From Sedimentisphaerales bacterium (GTDB lineage Bacteria; Planctomycetota; Phycisphaerae; Sedimentisphaerales; SM23-30): 64,000 nt of DNA. The first letter of the stretch is position 1. Each line of letters begins with the position of its first letter. The notes under the pieces are model-generated. The model was not told the DNA's origin. It saw only the letters and a list, made by a program, of their open reading frames with translations, and did no database searches. The stretch lies in the NCBI GenBank assembly GCA_963666285.1, contig OY762711.1. The stretch is one strand, 5' to 3'. The translations under genes and the position numbers were made by a program. Shown here in pieces: positions 49,535 to 59,700 of this stretch.

Positions 49535-49663
49535 ATGTTACAAAAATCGCCTAAAAGGGCTCGTATAAATTTTTTCCTGGTTGTTTTTTTGATTAGTGTT
49601 GCTTTGATATGTAATGGCTGTTCCGTTAACATGCAGGGGTTGCCGGTGCCGATTCCGTGTTAG
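49535..49663 (+). CDS. Putative small lipoprotein, 42 aa (not in ORF track)
   Basis: MLQKSPKRARINFFLVVFLISVALICNG-CSVNMQGLPVPIPC*: basic n-region, hydrophobic h-region, lipobox-like CNGC; signal resembles that of the next gene. Confidence 0.5.
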   Translation: MLQKSPKRARINFFLVVFLISVALICNGCSVNMQGLPVPIPC

Positions 49664-49729
49664 TGTTACAAGCTGACAGGTAGTCAGGGCATCTTAATTT
49701 ATCAGAAATACTGCAATAAATATTTTTTT

Positions 49730-49757
49730 TGTAACAAAATGTGTCATTTTTCGTCTA
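49730..49757 (+). promoter_or_regulatory. Putative ECF-sigma promoter
   Basis: TGTAAC-N16-CGTCTA; CGTCTATAGTA also occurs at 49505-49515 upstream of the 42-aa ORF. Confidence 0.45.
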
Positions 49758-49804
49758 TAGTATAGAAAAGTATGTTTATAAAAATTTAATTGAGAGGCTC
49801 TTTT

Positions 49805-50305
49805 ATGAAAAAATACGTTAGAAGCATGGTAATTTTTGTTTTTCTGGTTAGTATATCATTGGCTTGCAGCGGGTGTTGGACTGCGGTAGGTGCTATAATT
49901 GGTCATCAGTCTGGTGAACTGTTGGCAGGTGCTTTGATTGGTGCCGGCATTGATGTTGGTATCGGCCTGGCAGAAGAAGCTGACAGGCAGTCTGAAGACC
50001 TGGTTATTGAGTCAGAAAAAGGAAAAATCTATGCTAAAATTACTTGTAACGGCGCTGAGCTGATAAAGTCTATCGAAGAGGCATTTGACGGCGAAGGTTG
50101 GCAGTATACGCTTGAGGTCAAAAAGGTCAGGAAGAATCAGGATTCTGAAGCTCGCTGGAAAATTGGAAATGAATCAGAAATTTCAATTAAAGTTCAAAAG
50201 AATAAACTGAAATTGAATATTAAAGCTGATAATAAAGATACGAGAATGGAATTCACTGATAAACTTGCGGAACTTTTGAAAGATAAATTCAAATCTGCAA
50301 ATTAA
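49805..50305 (+). CDS. Lipoprotein with glycine-zipper motif
   Basis: MKKYVRSMVIFVFLVSISLACSG-C lipobox; AVGAIIGHQSG..AGALIGAGI.VGIG; GAGAGG RBS before ATG 49805. Confidence 0.75.
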   Translation: MKKYVRSMVIFVFLVSISLACSGCWTAVGAIIGHQSGELLAGALIGAGIDVGIGLAEEADRQSEDLVIESEKGKIYAKITCNGAELIKSIEEAFDGEGWQYTLEVKKVRKNQDSEARWKIGNESEISIKVQKNKLKLNIKADNKDTRMEFTDKLAELLKDKFKSAN

Positions 50306-50335
50306 ATTGTGATTACATTGTAAACAATATTCGAG

Positions 50336-50372
50336 AAAAAAAGCCTGCTGGAACGATCGTCCGGCAGGCTTT
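50336..50372. terminator. Bidirectional terminator
   Basis: AAAAAAAGCCTGC..GCAGGCTTT between convergent genes. Confidence 0.75.
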
Positions 50373-50393
50373 GTATTATTACAGTTATTCTTA

Positions 50394-51032
50394 TTATGCA
50401 ACGTTAATTAGCTCTTTGGCCAGGTCAACGGCACTGGCTGCATCTTCTGAGTAGCCGCTGGCACCGATCTTATCGCAGTACTCCTGGGTTACCGGGGCGC
50501 CGCCTATCATAATTTTTATATCAACACCAGCTTCTTTAAATGCTTTTACTGTTGCTTCCATCATAGGCATTGTTGTTGTCAGCAGTGCAGAAAGTCCTAC
50601 CGCCTGGGCTTCGTGCTCTTTGGCCGCGGTTACAAAGGCCTCCGGAGCAACATCTGTTCCAAGATCGATAACATTGAATCCGGCACCCTTGAGCATCATA
50701 ATCACCAGGTTTTTTCCAATATCATGCAAGTCGCCTTTAACTGTGCCAAACACGATATTTCCCAGTGGCTTGACACCGGCTTCTACAAGTTTAGGCTCCA
50801 GCAGAACCATTGCGGTTTTCATGGCTCGAGCTGCTATCAATACCTCAGGTACATATACTTCATTTTTCTTGAACGCTTCGCCTACCACGGCCATACCGGA
50901 TATAAGTCCATCATTTAGGATAACTTCAGGTGCTGTATTTTCTGCAATAGCCTGTTCTGTTATTTCTTTGGCCAGGTTTTGGTTACCTTTGATTATGGCG
51001 TTTTTTAAGGCTTCTAAGTCTGCCATGAGCAT
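50394..51032 (-). CDS. Corrinoid (cobalamin-binding) methyltransferase protein, MetH cap + B12-binding / MttC-like
   Basis: GL..GM..VG..F...YVPEVL cap domain; GTVKGDLHDIGKN (DxHxxG), GLSALLTTT, MIGGAPV. Confidence 0.92.
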   Translation of the reverse strand: MLMADLEALKNAIIKGNQNLAKEITEQAIAENTAPEVILNDGLISGMAVVGEAFKKNEVYVPEVLIAARAMKTAMVLLEPKLVEAGVKPLGNIVFGTVKGDLHDIGKNLVIMMLKGAGFNVIDLGTDVAPEAFVTAAKEHEAQAVGLSALLTTTMPMMEATVKAFKEAGVDIKIMIGGAPVTQEYCDKIGASGYSEDAASAVDLAKELINVA

Positions 51033-51113
51033 ATTCCTTACAAATAATATTATTCTGTCTTGTTATAAGAACAGAGATTATATCTGATTTCATGTTCAAT
51101 CTGTACTATAAAA

Positions 51114-52124
51114 TTAGCGTTTCGTACGTGGATCTAAGGCATCTCTCATACCGTCACCTATAAAATTCAGGCACAAAAGGGTTATCGCCAGGAACCCGCT
51201 GGGAAATACCACCATCCACCAGAAGCTCTCCACTGTGTTGATCGCTTTTACTGATTCACCTGCCAGGGAGCCCCATGTCGGCATCGGTGCCTGAATTCCA
51301 AGTCCGATAAAACTCAAAAACGATTCCTGTAAAATTGCCTGCGGTACAGTAAGTGTGGCATAAACAATGATTGGGCCTGCCAGATTGGGGATCAGATGCT
51401 TCATAAATATCTTCCAGGTTGGCAGCCCGATCGCGCGAGATGCTTCAATAAATGGCAAGGATTTCAATGATAGTACCTGGCCTCTTATCACACGGGCCAT
51501 GGTTAGCCAGCTTATTCCTCCGATTGCCGCAAATAAAATTGAAACATTTGCTATGTGTTCTGCGTGCCTGGTGATAACTCCGGCAAATCTGCTCAAAAAT
51601 GCTTCCGGATTATTTGCATTTGCCATCATGTGAGCTGCCAGGTTCAGCATATCAACTAGTTTATCTTCAAATGCTATCTTAAATAGTATTATCAGCAAGA
51701 CATACGGCAAACCGTATAAAACATCAACTATTCTCATTAGAATATTATCAACTTTGCCACCATACCATCCTGCCGTCATTCCCCATGCTGTACCTATTAC
51801 GACCGAGATTAATGCTGCGGAAAAACCGATTCCCAAACTTAAGACTCCTCCAAACAGGCATCGCCAAAGCAGGCTTCTTCCCAGGACGTCATATCCGAAT
51901 GGTGCAAATTCTTCATGGTTGATTTGAGGTGGACGTCTATTAAAATCTAAATTCTGACTGGAATATTCGACCGCGGAAGTATTTAGTGTCAACAGACATG
52001 CCAGGATAATTATAACTAGTAAAAAAAATGATATTAGTGCCGCGCGATTTTGACAAAATCTTCTGATTGCGAGTTTTGCCGGACTGGCATTTTTATAACT
52101 GTCAGGTTTTAAGGAGTTTGCCAC
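51114..52124 (-). CDS. oppC: Oligopeptide/dipeptide ABC transporter permease, OppC/DppC type
   Basis: RRF..N..A N-terminal motif, FG.D.LGR, DNILMRIVD, ARVIRGQVLSLK..FIEASRAIG (EAA), HLIPN, ESFLSFIGLG, GDGMRDALDPR. Confidence 0.9.
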   Translation of the reverse strand: MANSLKPDSYKNASPAKLAIRRFCQNRAALISFFLLVIIILACLLTLNTSAVEYSSQNLDFNRRPPQINHEEFAPFGYDVLGRSLLWRCLFGGVLSLGIGFSAALISVVIGTAWGMTAGWYGGKVDNILMRIVDVLYGLPYVLLIILFKIAFEDKLVDMLNLAAHMMANANNPEAFLSRFAGVITRHAEHIANVSILFAAIGGISWLTMARVIRGQVLSLKSLPFIEASRAIGLPTWKIFMKHLIPNLAGPIIVYATLTVPQAILQESFLSFIGLGIQAPMPTWGSLAGESVKAINTVESFWWMVVFPSGFLAITLLCLNFIGDGMRDALDPRTKR

Positions 52125-52255
52125 TATTTAGTATCTTTTTTTAGAGTATCTTTGTGTTAAACCAATCTTTAACAAAGACTTATAAATACATTATCTGCTT
52201 GGGTTTGTCAATGTTTTTTAATGTTCTATACTCAAAAAGGGCAATAATAATAGTG

Positions 52256-53002
52256 CTATGAATTATTGTGAGGTGACCTTCTGCGACTTTGCTTGCGAAT
52301 ATTTTCCAGCACTTCTGAGGTCGGCCAGTTTTCGCTTTCTGTTATACTGTCCAGTAATTCCTGGTGAGCCATGTATTTGTCTGATGGCCTGGCAGGCACG
52401 CCAACAACTGTTGTTTCTGGAAGAACATTGTCTAAGACTACTGCTCCGGCTCCAACAGTAGCACTCTGGCCTATTGTTATATTCTGTATCACTGTTGAGC
52501 CAATGCCAATAAATGCTTTTTCATGGACCAGCACATGGCCTGCCAGTTTGGTACCGGGGCAAATGTGGGCTCCCTCAGATATTAGAGATTCATGATCTAT
52601 TATGCAGCCTGTATTGCATATTACTGAATCTTCAATCTTTGCATGCGCGCAAATGTTTGCGCCTTGGGCAATTACAACATTTTTACCTACTAATGCGGTT
52701 CTTGCAATTGATGCCGAAGGATGAATTGCATTTATCAGGCTGATACCATAAGAGCTGACTATTCTCGCGAATCGGCACCGTGTTTCATTGTCACCTATTG
52801 CTACTATTGCGCCGCCGATTCCACGGCCGGCAAAGAACTCCAGTTCTGCCATATCGCCTAATACTGGTATTCCATCGATATAAGAACCATGCAGCTGACT
52901 GTTGGAATCGATAAAGCCAACAACATCAAATTGATGGTTATTTCTTAATATATCTAGTACGACCCTGCCGTGGCCGCCTGCACCAATAATAGCAATTTTC
53001 AT
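52256..53002 (-). CDS. Sugar O-/N-acetyltransferase, NeuD/PglD (hexapeptide-repeat) family
   Basis: IIGAGGHG..GFID..VAIGDN..R..IHPSA..IDHE..hexapeptide repeats..VGVPAR. Confidence 0.9.
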   Translation of the reverse strand: MKIAIIGAGGHGRVVLDILRNNHQFDVVGFIDSNSQLHGSYIDGIPVLGDMAELEFFAGRGIGGAIVAIGDNETRCRFARIVSSYGISLINAIHPSASIARTALVGKNVVIAQGANICAHAKIEDSVICNTGCIIDHESLISEGAHICPGTKLAGHVLVHEKAFIGIGSTVIQNITIGQSATVGAGAVVLDNVLPETTVVGVPARPSDKYMAHQELLDSITESENWPTSEVLENIRKQSRRRSPHNNS

Positions 53003-53415
53003 AAGGACGCCTTTATGTAAGCAGGAAGGTTGATTGCAATGGTATGCCCACTTACTGTAACTTTTTATTTGTTCCGAAAATAGTCTCTTAACATTATGTT
53101 CGTATATGTCATGTAAAAAAAGTGAATAATTTTGATTTTTTATCTTTTTTTTAGTACAAATAGAGCTTCTTTTCGTAACAATGATAATACAATAGCTCTA
53201 TTGCAGTGGTAATCAAGGTTGTGCCCTTTAACAGTACTGATAGTAAAGCTATTGTGTTTACTGTAATAGAATCGTTAATTATTGTGGTAAAATTATTTAA
53301 GGTAAATAGTAAAGCTTAAAACAGCAACTGTCGATGATAACACAGATAAACTAGGTAAATTGAATAAATACTTAGTTCGTGTATGGATTTTTAACAAAAA
53401 AACGGAAATTTCAAA

Positions 53416-54915
53416 ATGAGCAGAGCAAAAAGTCGAATTATTCTGGTTATGGTAATAACAGTTACGATGTGCTTAATGTTGACTTCTGGGTGTAGTGATC
53501 CCGAGTCAATAGGACGTTTTCAGGCTACACCGGTTACAAATATTATTCTTAATAATCTTGGTGTTGTTGATGAAGAGTCTGAACCATTTATTAATGCACG
53601 TGACCCCAGACCTGAAGATTTACTGGTTCCTGAAACTGAATATGTTATTCGGTCTGGTGATTTACTGTTAATCTCGATTTTCGATCTTTTCCAGTCTGGT
53701 GAAGAGTGGATGACCCAGAAACAGGTTTCTGAATCCGGTAGAGTTACACTTCCTTTTATTGGAAGTGTTAGAGCGGCTGACCTTACCGAACTTGAGTTCC
53801 AGGAAAGTCTGGAAGATGCTTTAAGCCCGGAATATATCAAAAATCCAAAAGTCAGCGTTGTTGTTCAATCATCAACCGGAAAGGTATACACCGTTACTGG
53901 TGCGGTTCCGGCTCCGTCTCCTTATCAGCTGACTGAACCTGACTTACGTGTTTTGAAAGCTCTGGCCAATGCCGGAGATGTCCCTCAGCGGGGAGTTGAT
54001 TTTGTCTATATTATTCGTAAGGTTCCTACTTCTGAGCTGGTTGAACCGGGCACCGGAATGTCTGGCACTGGTTTTTCTGAGCCTGATATGGCGGTGCCGA
54101 CCGGGACTGAAATTTTCAATCCGGTTGAAGTGCCGGAGTCTGACGACGAAATGGATAGTGGCATAAATTCCCCGGTTAATACTATAGAACAACCTTCTGA
54201 TACCACTCCTCAAAAGCAGCTGCTTGAATCGGTAAGCCCAATGTCTGTGGTCAGCATGCCTGGATGGGTTGACAGCGGCGAAGTTGTTACTATGGCTGAT
54301 GATGCCGAAGATGCTGGTTTTGAGATTGTACGCGGCAAAGACGGGTTCCAGATCGAAGGTGATGCTAATAATGATACTGATGACGATGATCTGGGTTGGG
54401 ATATCTCCGGTGATATCGGAACCATCGGCTTTAAACCTGTGGATACAAAGCAGGAAGTAATCAGGATCAATATGAAAGATCTAAAAAACGGTGATCTGGA
54501 TCAAAATATTGTAATCCTGGCTGGTGACTATATTTATGTACCTTACAATACATCTGGTTTTTATTATGTCATGGGCCAGGTTGCTCGGCCCGGGCCTTAT
54601 CAGCTGACCGGTGAAAAAATGACACTCAAGCAGGCAATAGCATCTGTTGGAGGGATGTCTGCTTTAGCTTCACCAAGCAGGTGTGATATTACCAGGCGGA
54701 TTAAGGGTGATAAGGAAATTACTTACAGGGTAAACCTTCAGAAATTATTCGAAGGGGTACAGCCTGATATTTATATTAAGCCAAATGATATGATAAATGT
54801 TGGCTCACATCCTACTGCCAGATGGCTGGCTGTTATTCGTCAGAGTTTCCGTACTACATATGGCTTTGGTTTTGTTTATGACCGAAACCTCGCGGATAAA
54901 GACTTTTATAAATAA
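53416..54915 (+). CDS. wza: Polysaccharide export lipoprotein (Wza/OPX family, SLBB domains)
   Basis: Lipobox LTSG-C; Y.I..GD.L.I..V...G.VTLPFIG; V.G.V..P..Y; YVMGQVARPGPY; adjacent to exosortase and wzc. Confidence 0.85.
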   Translation: MSRAKSRIILVMVITVTMCLMLTSGCSDPESIGRFQATPVTNIILNNLGVVDEESEPFINARDPRPEDLLVPETEYVIRSGDLLLISIFDLFQSGEEWMTQKQVSESGRVTLPFIGSVRAADLTELEFQESLEDALSPEYIKNPKVSVVVQSSTGKVYTVTGAVPAPSPYQLTEPDLRVLKALANAGDVPQRGVDFVYIIRKVPTSELVEPGTGMSGTGFSEPDMAVPTGTEIFNPVEVPESDDEMDSGINSPVNTIEQPSDTTPQKQLLESVSPMSVVSMPGWVDSGEVVTMADDAEDAGFEIVRGKDGFQIEGDANNDTDDDDLGWDISGDIGTIGFKPVDTKQEVIRINMKDLKNGDLDQNIVILAGDYIYVPYNTSGFYYVMGQVARPGPYQLTGEKMTLKQAIASVGGMSALASPSRCDITRRIKGDKEITYRVNLQKLFEGVQPDIYIKPNDMINVGSHPTARWLAVIRQSFRTTYGFGFVYDRNLADKDFYK

Positions 54916-54978
54916 TTTTTCTTAGTGAAATCTTTGTTATTACTATATTTTCGGACTTTTTTGTGAATAAGAATTAGT

Positions 54979-55890
54979 ATGGTAGAAGAGATAGAACAGA
55001 GACAAGTGAATATAATCGATAGGTATTGGCGATGTGGCATTATTGCGGTATTGTTCTACTTCCTTTTTAGGCATGAGCTGTTAACGCTGTTTGCTCTATG
55101 GATGACTCCGGGTGAATCCCACGGCCTGTTAATACCGGCTTTCAGCTTGTATTTTTTATATCAGGTTAGAGAAGAACTGGCTAAGACCAAAGGCAAACCA
55201 AACTTTGTCGGTGTTGTGCTTATGCTGTTATCTCTTTCAGGTTATGTCGCCAGTCTAATTATTAGAATTGGATATTTCAAGCCGGTAATGATGATCTTTA
55301 TGTTGGCCGGGATAGTCCTTACTGTAGGGGGATGGCCGATTTTCCGGCTTACCTGGCTGCCGATACTGTTTCTCATTTTTGCGATAAAAATGCCGGATCA
55401 GATATATACTCCGTTAACCATGAAGTTGCGAACCTGGGCTTCTTTATTTGCTGCTACAATCCTGGATTTTATTCCCGGACTTAGCTGCGATTCTTTCAAT
55501 GTGGTTATTAAAGGAACTTATAAAGGCGAACCGGTTGAACTTAATGTCGCCGAAGCCTGTAGCGGAATGAGGCTGCTCAGGACTTTCGTTGCGCTAGGCG
55601 TAGCGATGGCCTGGCTCGAAAAGCGTCCTTCATGGCAGCGGATACTTCTTTTGCTCAGTACAATTCCTATCGCTATTTTCTGTAATATGCTTAGGGTTTT
55701 GATTACAGGGATTATATATATCTTTGTTGGACCTGAATATGCTACCGGCCTGCTGCATTCTCTTTTGGGACTGGTTATGCTGGTTGTGGCATTTGCCCTT
55801 TACGGCGGGTTAGCCTGGATAATGAATAATTTTGTGATTGATGAAGTTGATGACAATGATGAAGGGAATGAGGATATTGTCGTACTGTAG
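54979..55890 (+). CDS. Exosortase/archaeosortase family transpeptidase (EpsH/XrtA-like)
   Basis: Multi-TM; SHGLLIP; catalytic-type Cys VAEACSGMR, Arg NMLRV, His LLHS. Confidence 0.92.
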   Translation: MVEEIEQRQVNIIDRYWRCGIIAVLFYFLFRHELLTLFALWMTPGESHGLLIPAFSLYFLYQVREELAKTKGKPNFVGVVLMLLSLSGYVASLIIRIGYFKPVMMIFMLAGIVLTVGGWPIFRLTWLPILFLIFAIKMPDQIYTPLTMKLRTWASLFAATILDFIPGLSCDSFNVVIKGTYKGEPVELNVAEACSGMRLLRTFVALGVAMAWLEKRPSWQRILLLLSTIPIAIFCNMLRVLITGIIYIFVGPEYATGLLHSLLGLVMLVVAFALYGGLAWIMNNFVIDEVDDNDEGNEDIVVL

Positions 55891-55924
55891 AGTAAAAAAT
55901 GCGGTACACGGTTCTTGATCTATT

Positions 55925-56704
55925 ATGGATGAATATATTACACAACCTATATTGAGAATATTCAAAAGCAAGGCTTACCTTGGCTGTGTGATTTTCCTGC
56001 TGGCCTGCGCTATAGGATTGCAGGCTGCGGTAAATATGCTTGGTGTTTATCTCACCAAAAAACCTATCGAGCTTCAGATGTCTCTTGACGACCTGGATGA
56101 TACTAAAATCTACTCTTATAAGGTTATAGATAAAAGCAGGATTGCAAGTAAGGAAGTTGAAGAAGCTCTCGGCACCGAGGAATATATCCAGTGGTGGCTT
56201 GAAGATGAAAGAGAGCCGGATGATTCACCGTTCAAAAAAATTCTGGTTTTTGTTACTTATTATACCGGTGATGAATATACCGTGCCGCATACCCCTGAAG
56301 TCTGTGGTGCCGGCAGCGGTGCGATTCCCCAGATTAAAGGTATTATGCCGATCAAGGTCAGCAATGTCGGGGCCAAAGATGACGTTATAAATGTTAAGAT
56401 GTTGGACCTGATTCTACCTCAGCAGCCTCAGTATGTTCATAAGGTTGCGTATTTCTTCAGTGCTAATGGTGACTATCTCTACGGTCGCAACCAGGTCAGG
56501 TTTCGGATGAATGATCTGAAAGATAAGTATGCCTATTTTGCCAAGATTGAATTTTCTGTTTTTGGTAAAGTTGATGAAGTTACTGATGAAGCAATGCTGG
56601 CTAAGGTAGAAAGATTGTCTCGCAGGTTATTGCCGGAACTTGTTAAAAACCATTTCCCTGAATGGCCTCCTGTAGAACCTGGTCAGGAAATCGATAAGGA
56701 ATAA
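55925..56704 (+). CDS. Exosortase-associated EpsI-family protein
   Basis: N-terminal TM; LGTEEY; FVTYY..VPHTPEVC..G.G motif; immediately after exosortase. Confidence 0.75.
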   Translation: MDEYITQPILRIFKSKAYLGCVIFLLACAIGLQAAVNMLGVYLTKKPIELQMSLDDLDDTKIYSYKVIDKSRIASKEVEEALGTEEYIQWWLEDEREPDDSPFKKILVFVTYYTGDEYTVPHTPEVCGAGSGAIPQIKGIMPIKVSNVGAKDDVINVKMLDLILPQQPQYVHKVAYFFSANGDYLYGRNQVRFRMNDLKDKYAYFAKIEFSVFGKVDEVTDEAMLAKVERLSRRLLPELVKNHFPEWPPVEPGQEIDKE

Positions 56705-56765
56705 TAGAAGAAAGTAGATATTGTGGAATAAGCTGAGCGTTTACTCAGTATTTGGAGCTTGTTTT

Positions 56766-59700
56766 ATGGCACGTAAGAAAAAACGAAAAGTTAATAGCAA
56801 ACTGATTACTATTCTAATATTTTTGGCTATACCGATCCTTTTTATTTTGATAGTTGCAGTTGATTCTAAAAAGCCGATACTGCCAAGATTCATTCATGAA
56901 CTATTGGGACGCGACCCGGTGGTACTGCTGGAACAGGCAGAAAAACAATTAACTGAACTGAAAGATCATTATAAAAATATTAAAGCTGAAAACAGGTTGA
57001 TTGCTGACCCTAAAGAAGCTGCTGAAAAATGGGAGCAGGTATTTGAAGATGACTATGCTCCGCATGCCATGAAAGTATATGATCTGATCGTTGATGGTAA
57101 GCGTTTTAGTAAAGGTGATACCGAACTGCAGATACATGCCCAGGAGCTTACGGCACAGTTCCATTTGATTACCGGAACTTATATCGGCGGAGCTCTGGGA
57201 GCTTGGGATGCTATTATCAAACTCAATATCAATAATTATGAAGCCTGGGAAAATAAGGCTGATTTTTATGCCGAAGTTGTTCAGAATTATCAGGATTCCA
57301 GTAGTATTGAAAAGTTGCGTGAGTCTGTAAATAATCTGATCGAAATCAAACCGGAAGAGCCTAAAGGTCATTGTTTGGCTCTTATGGCTGATATTTATAA
57401 TTTAAGATACGATTTCTCCAGTAATGTCTTAGCCGATGAAAGTGCCGTTGTAGCTAAACTCACTGAGTTGAAAGAAAAATACCCTGACAATGTCCGGCTG
57501 GCAAAGTGTGCGGCATTATTGTATGACTTTCAGGCCCGGGAAACCGATAGTTTCGAAAGAAAACGCAGCCTGATGGATAAAGCCGGTCAGGAATTAAAAG
57601 CTGCGATGGAGGCTAATCCGGAAAATGTTGAGGCTGCTGTAAACTATTGTAAATACTATCTTGATGGTCTGAAAAACGTGATCCATTCTGAGCTGGTTAA
57701 AGCTGGTAATGAAATAGTAAGAGAGAGATTGACTAAAGAGTTGGTTGAGTTTAATGATTCGGCCAAAGGTGAATTTGCCGCCTGCCTGCTCAAATATCCT
57801 GATAATGCAGAACTAAAAACTATTTATGCTGATTGCCTGTTAACTATGCCTGGGACTGATTATGATGAACCTGTGAAGCTGTATAAACAGGCAGTTGAGC
57901 TCGATCCGGATAATTTGATTAATGTGACTGTTCTAGGCAAGCTGGTTTACATAACTGGTGTTGTTAATAATTCTGGAAATGATTTTTATGAAGAAGCCAG
58001 GGTATACTTGCGAAAAGCATATTATGGTTTCAATGATTCCTATAAACGAGGTGTTTTGGGGTCTAGGATTATCAGTAGCCGGTATGCTGTTACTATGCCG
58101 TATCTTGCTTTGGTTGATTCCAGACTTGCCGATTCTGTTGATGACGCCAAATCAGAACTGCAGGATATGCTGACTGTTTACAGGGAAGACAAAGGTAAGG
58201 ATGTTGCTATTACCAGGTCAATTGAGGGGCTAATAGATATCGCCGATAACAATCCTGATCAGGCTATGCAAAAATTATATACTGCTGTCAGCGACTCTGA
58301 GATCAGTAGTATTAGTCCCATTTACGCCGCTGAATTACGCTGGATGTTATTTGAACTCTTAAAGGATACTCAGTATAAATTAATTGCGATTAATAATGCT
58401 GCAATTGCATATAAAGCACTTCCTCGACCTGCTTCCGATTTTGCTGAGCTTTTGGATACTTATCTTGCGGTTCCAGACAGAACTCATAAATTTGTATTAG
58501 TTGGGATTATAGAAAATTATAGAAATACATATTCTGATAACCAGGAGCGGTTAAATAGTACAAACCTTCAGTACGTTCAGGCCCTTTTGGCTGTTGGCGA
58601 AGTTGACAAGGCCAGGGAAGTATTAGGTACTGTTGAAGATAAAGGGCTGACTTATGATGTCCTGAAATGCCAGGTTATTTCGGATGAGCAGGAACGATTG
58701 CAGGCCATCGAAGAGCTGGCCGGTAAATATCCTGATGAACCTGATGTTGTCAGCTATGTTAATAGTATATATTTTAGCAAAATTAAAGATGATAAGACAT
58801 ATCTTGATAAAGCTAAGGCTTTGATAGCCAGGGCCGTGGCAGCTAATCCGGATAATTTCAATTTTCTAATGTATCAGAAACGCCTGGAAGAGCCTGACCC
58901 GCAAAATGTCACGTTTGCAAGACAGCTCGAAATTCAAAAAGAGGCTATAGAGTCGCTGAAAGACCCGTATCAGCAGGCAATGATGTTTGGTCGATACTAT
59001 AAAACTGTTGCTGCTGTAGACAATGTGTCAAATGAACAGGATTTAACGCAGGACACTAATCAAAAAGCTGTTGAATCTTTTGAAAAGGCTTCTGAGATTA
59101 AACAGGATTCAGTTGAGCCGCTTAATGCTATGCTGGCGACTTATATGTCTTTAGGGGAATTTGATAAAGCGGAAGAAATTATCGATAGAATTAATGCTAT
59201 TGACAGCTCTTTTGCCGAATTTGCCAGTATTGATCTTATCGTCGCTCGTGGCAATAATGAAGAAGCTATTGAGAAACTTCAAGATTACCTGGACAAAAAC
59301 CCATTGTCTGCGAAAGGGCATCTTGTGCTGGCTAAAGTATATTTAAATCTTAAACGCACGGCGGAAGCTAAAGCAGAGTTGGCTGTTTCACTTTCGCAGG
59401 ATAGATTCGATCCTGAGGCTATTGCTGAATATTTAAGAGTTTTGCATGAAGATAATCTTGCTATTGGCATGGACAAAATTGGCGAGTCTAAAGTCGAAGA
59501 GACTCTTTCCTGGGCCGAACGTCTCTTAAGCCTTGATTCCAATAATATTATTGGTGCCAGGTATTTTGTTATATATGCCCCGCTTTGGTTATCTTACCAG
59601 GATCAGCAGCTTCAGGCTCCTAATCTCGATGCAGAAGCCAGGCAGAGGTATCTGGATAAGATTGCTGGTATTGAAAGCATGGCTATGAGGAATGTTAATC

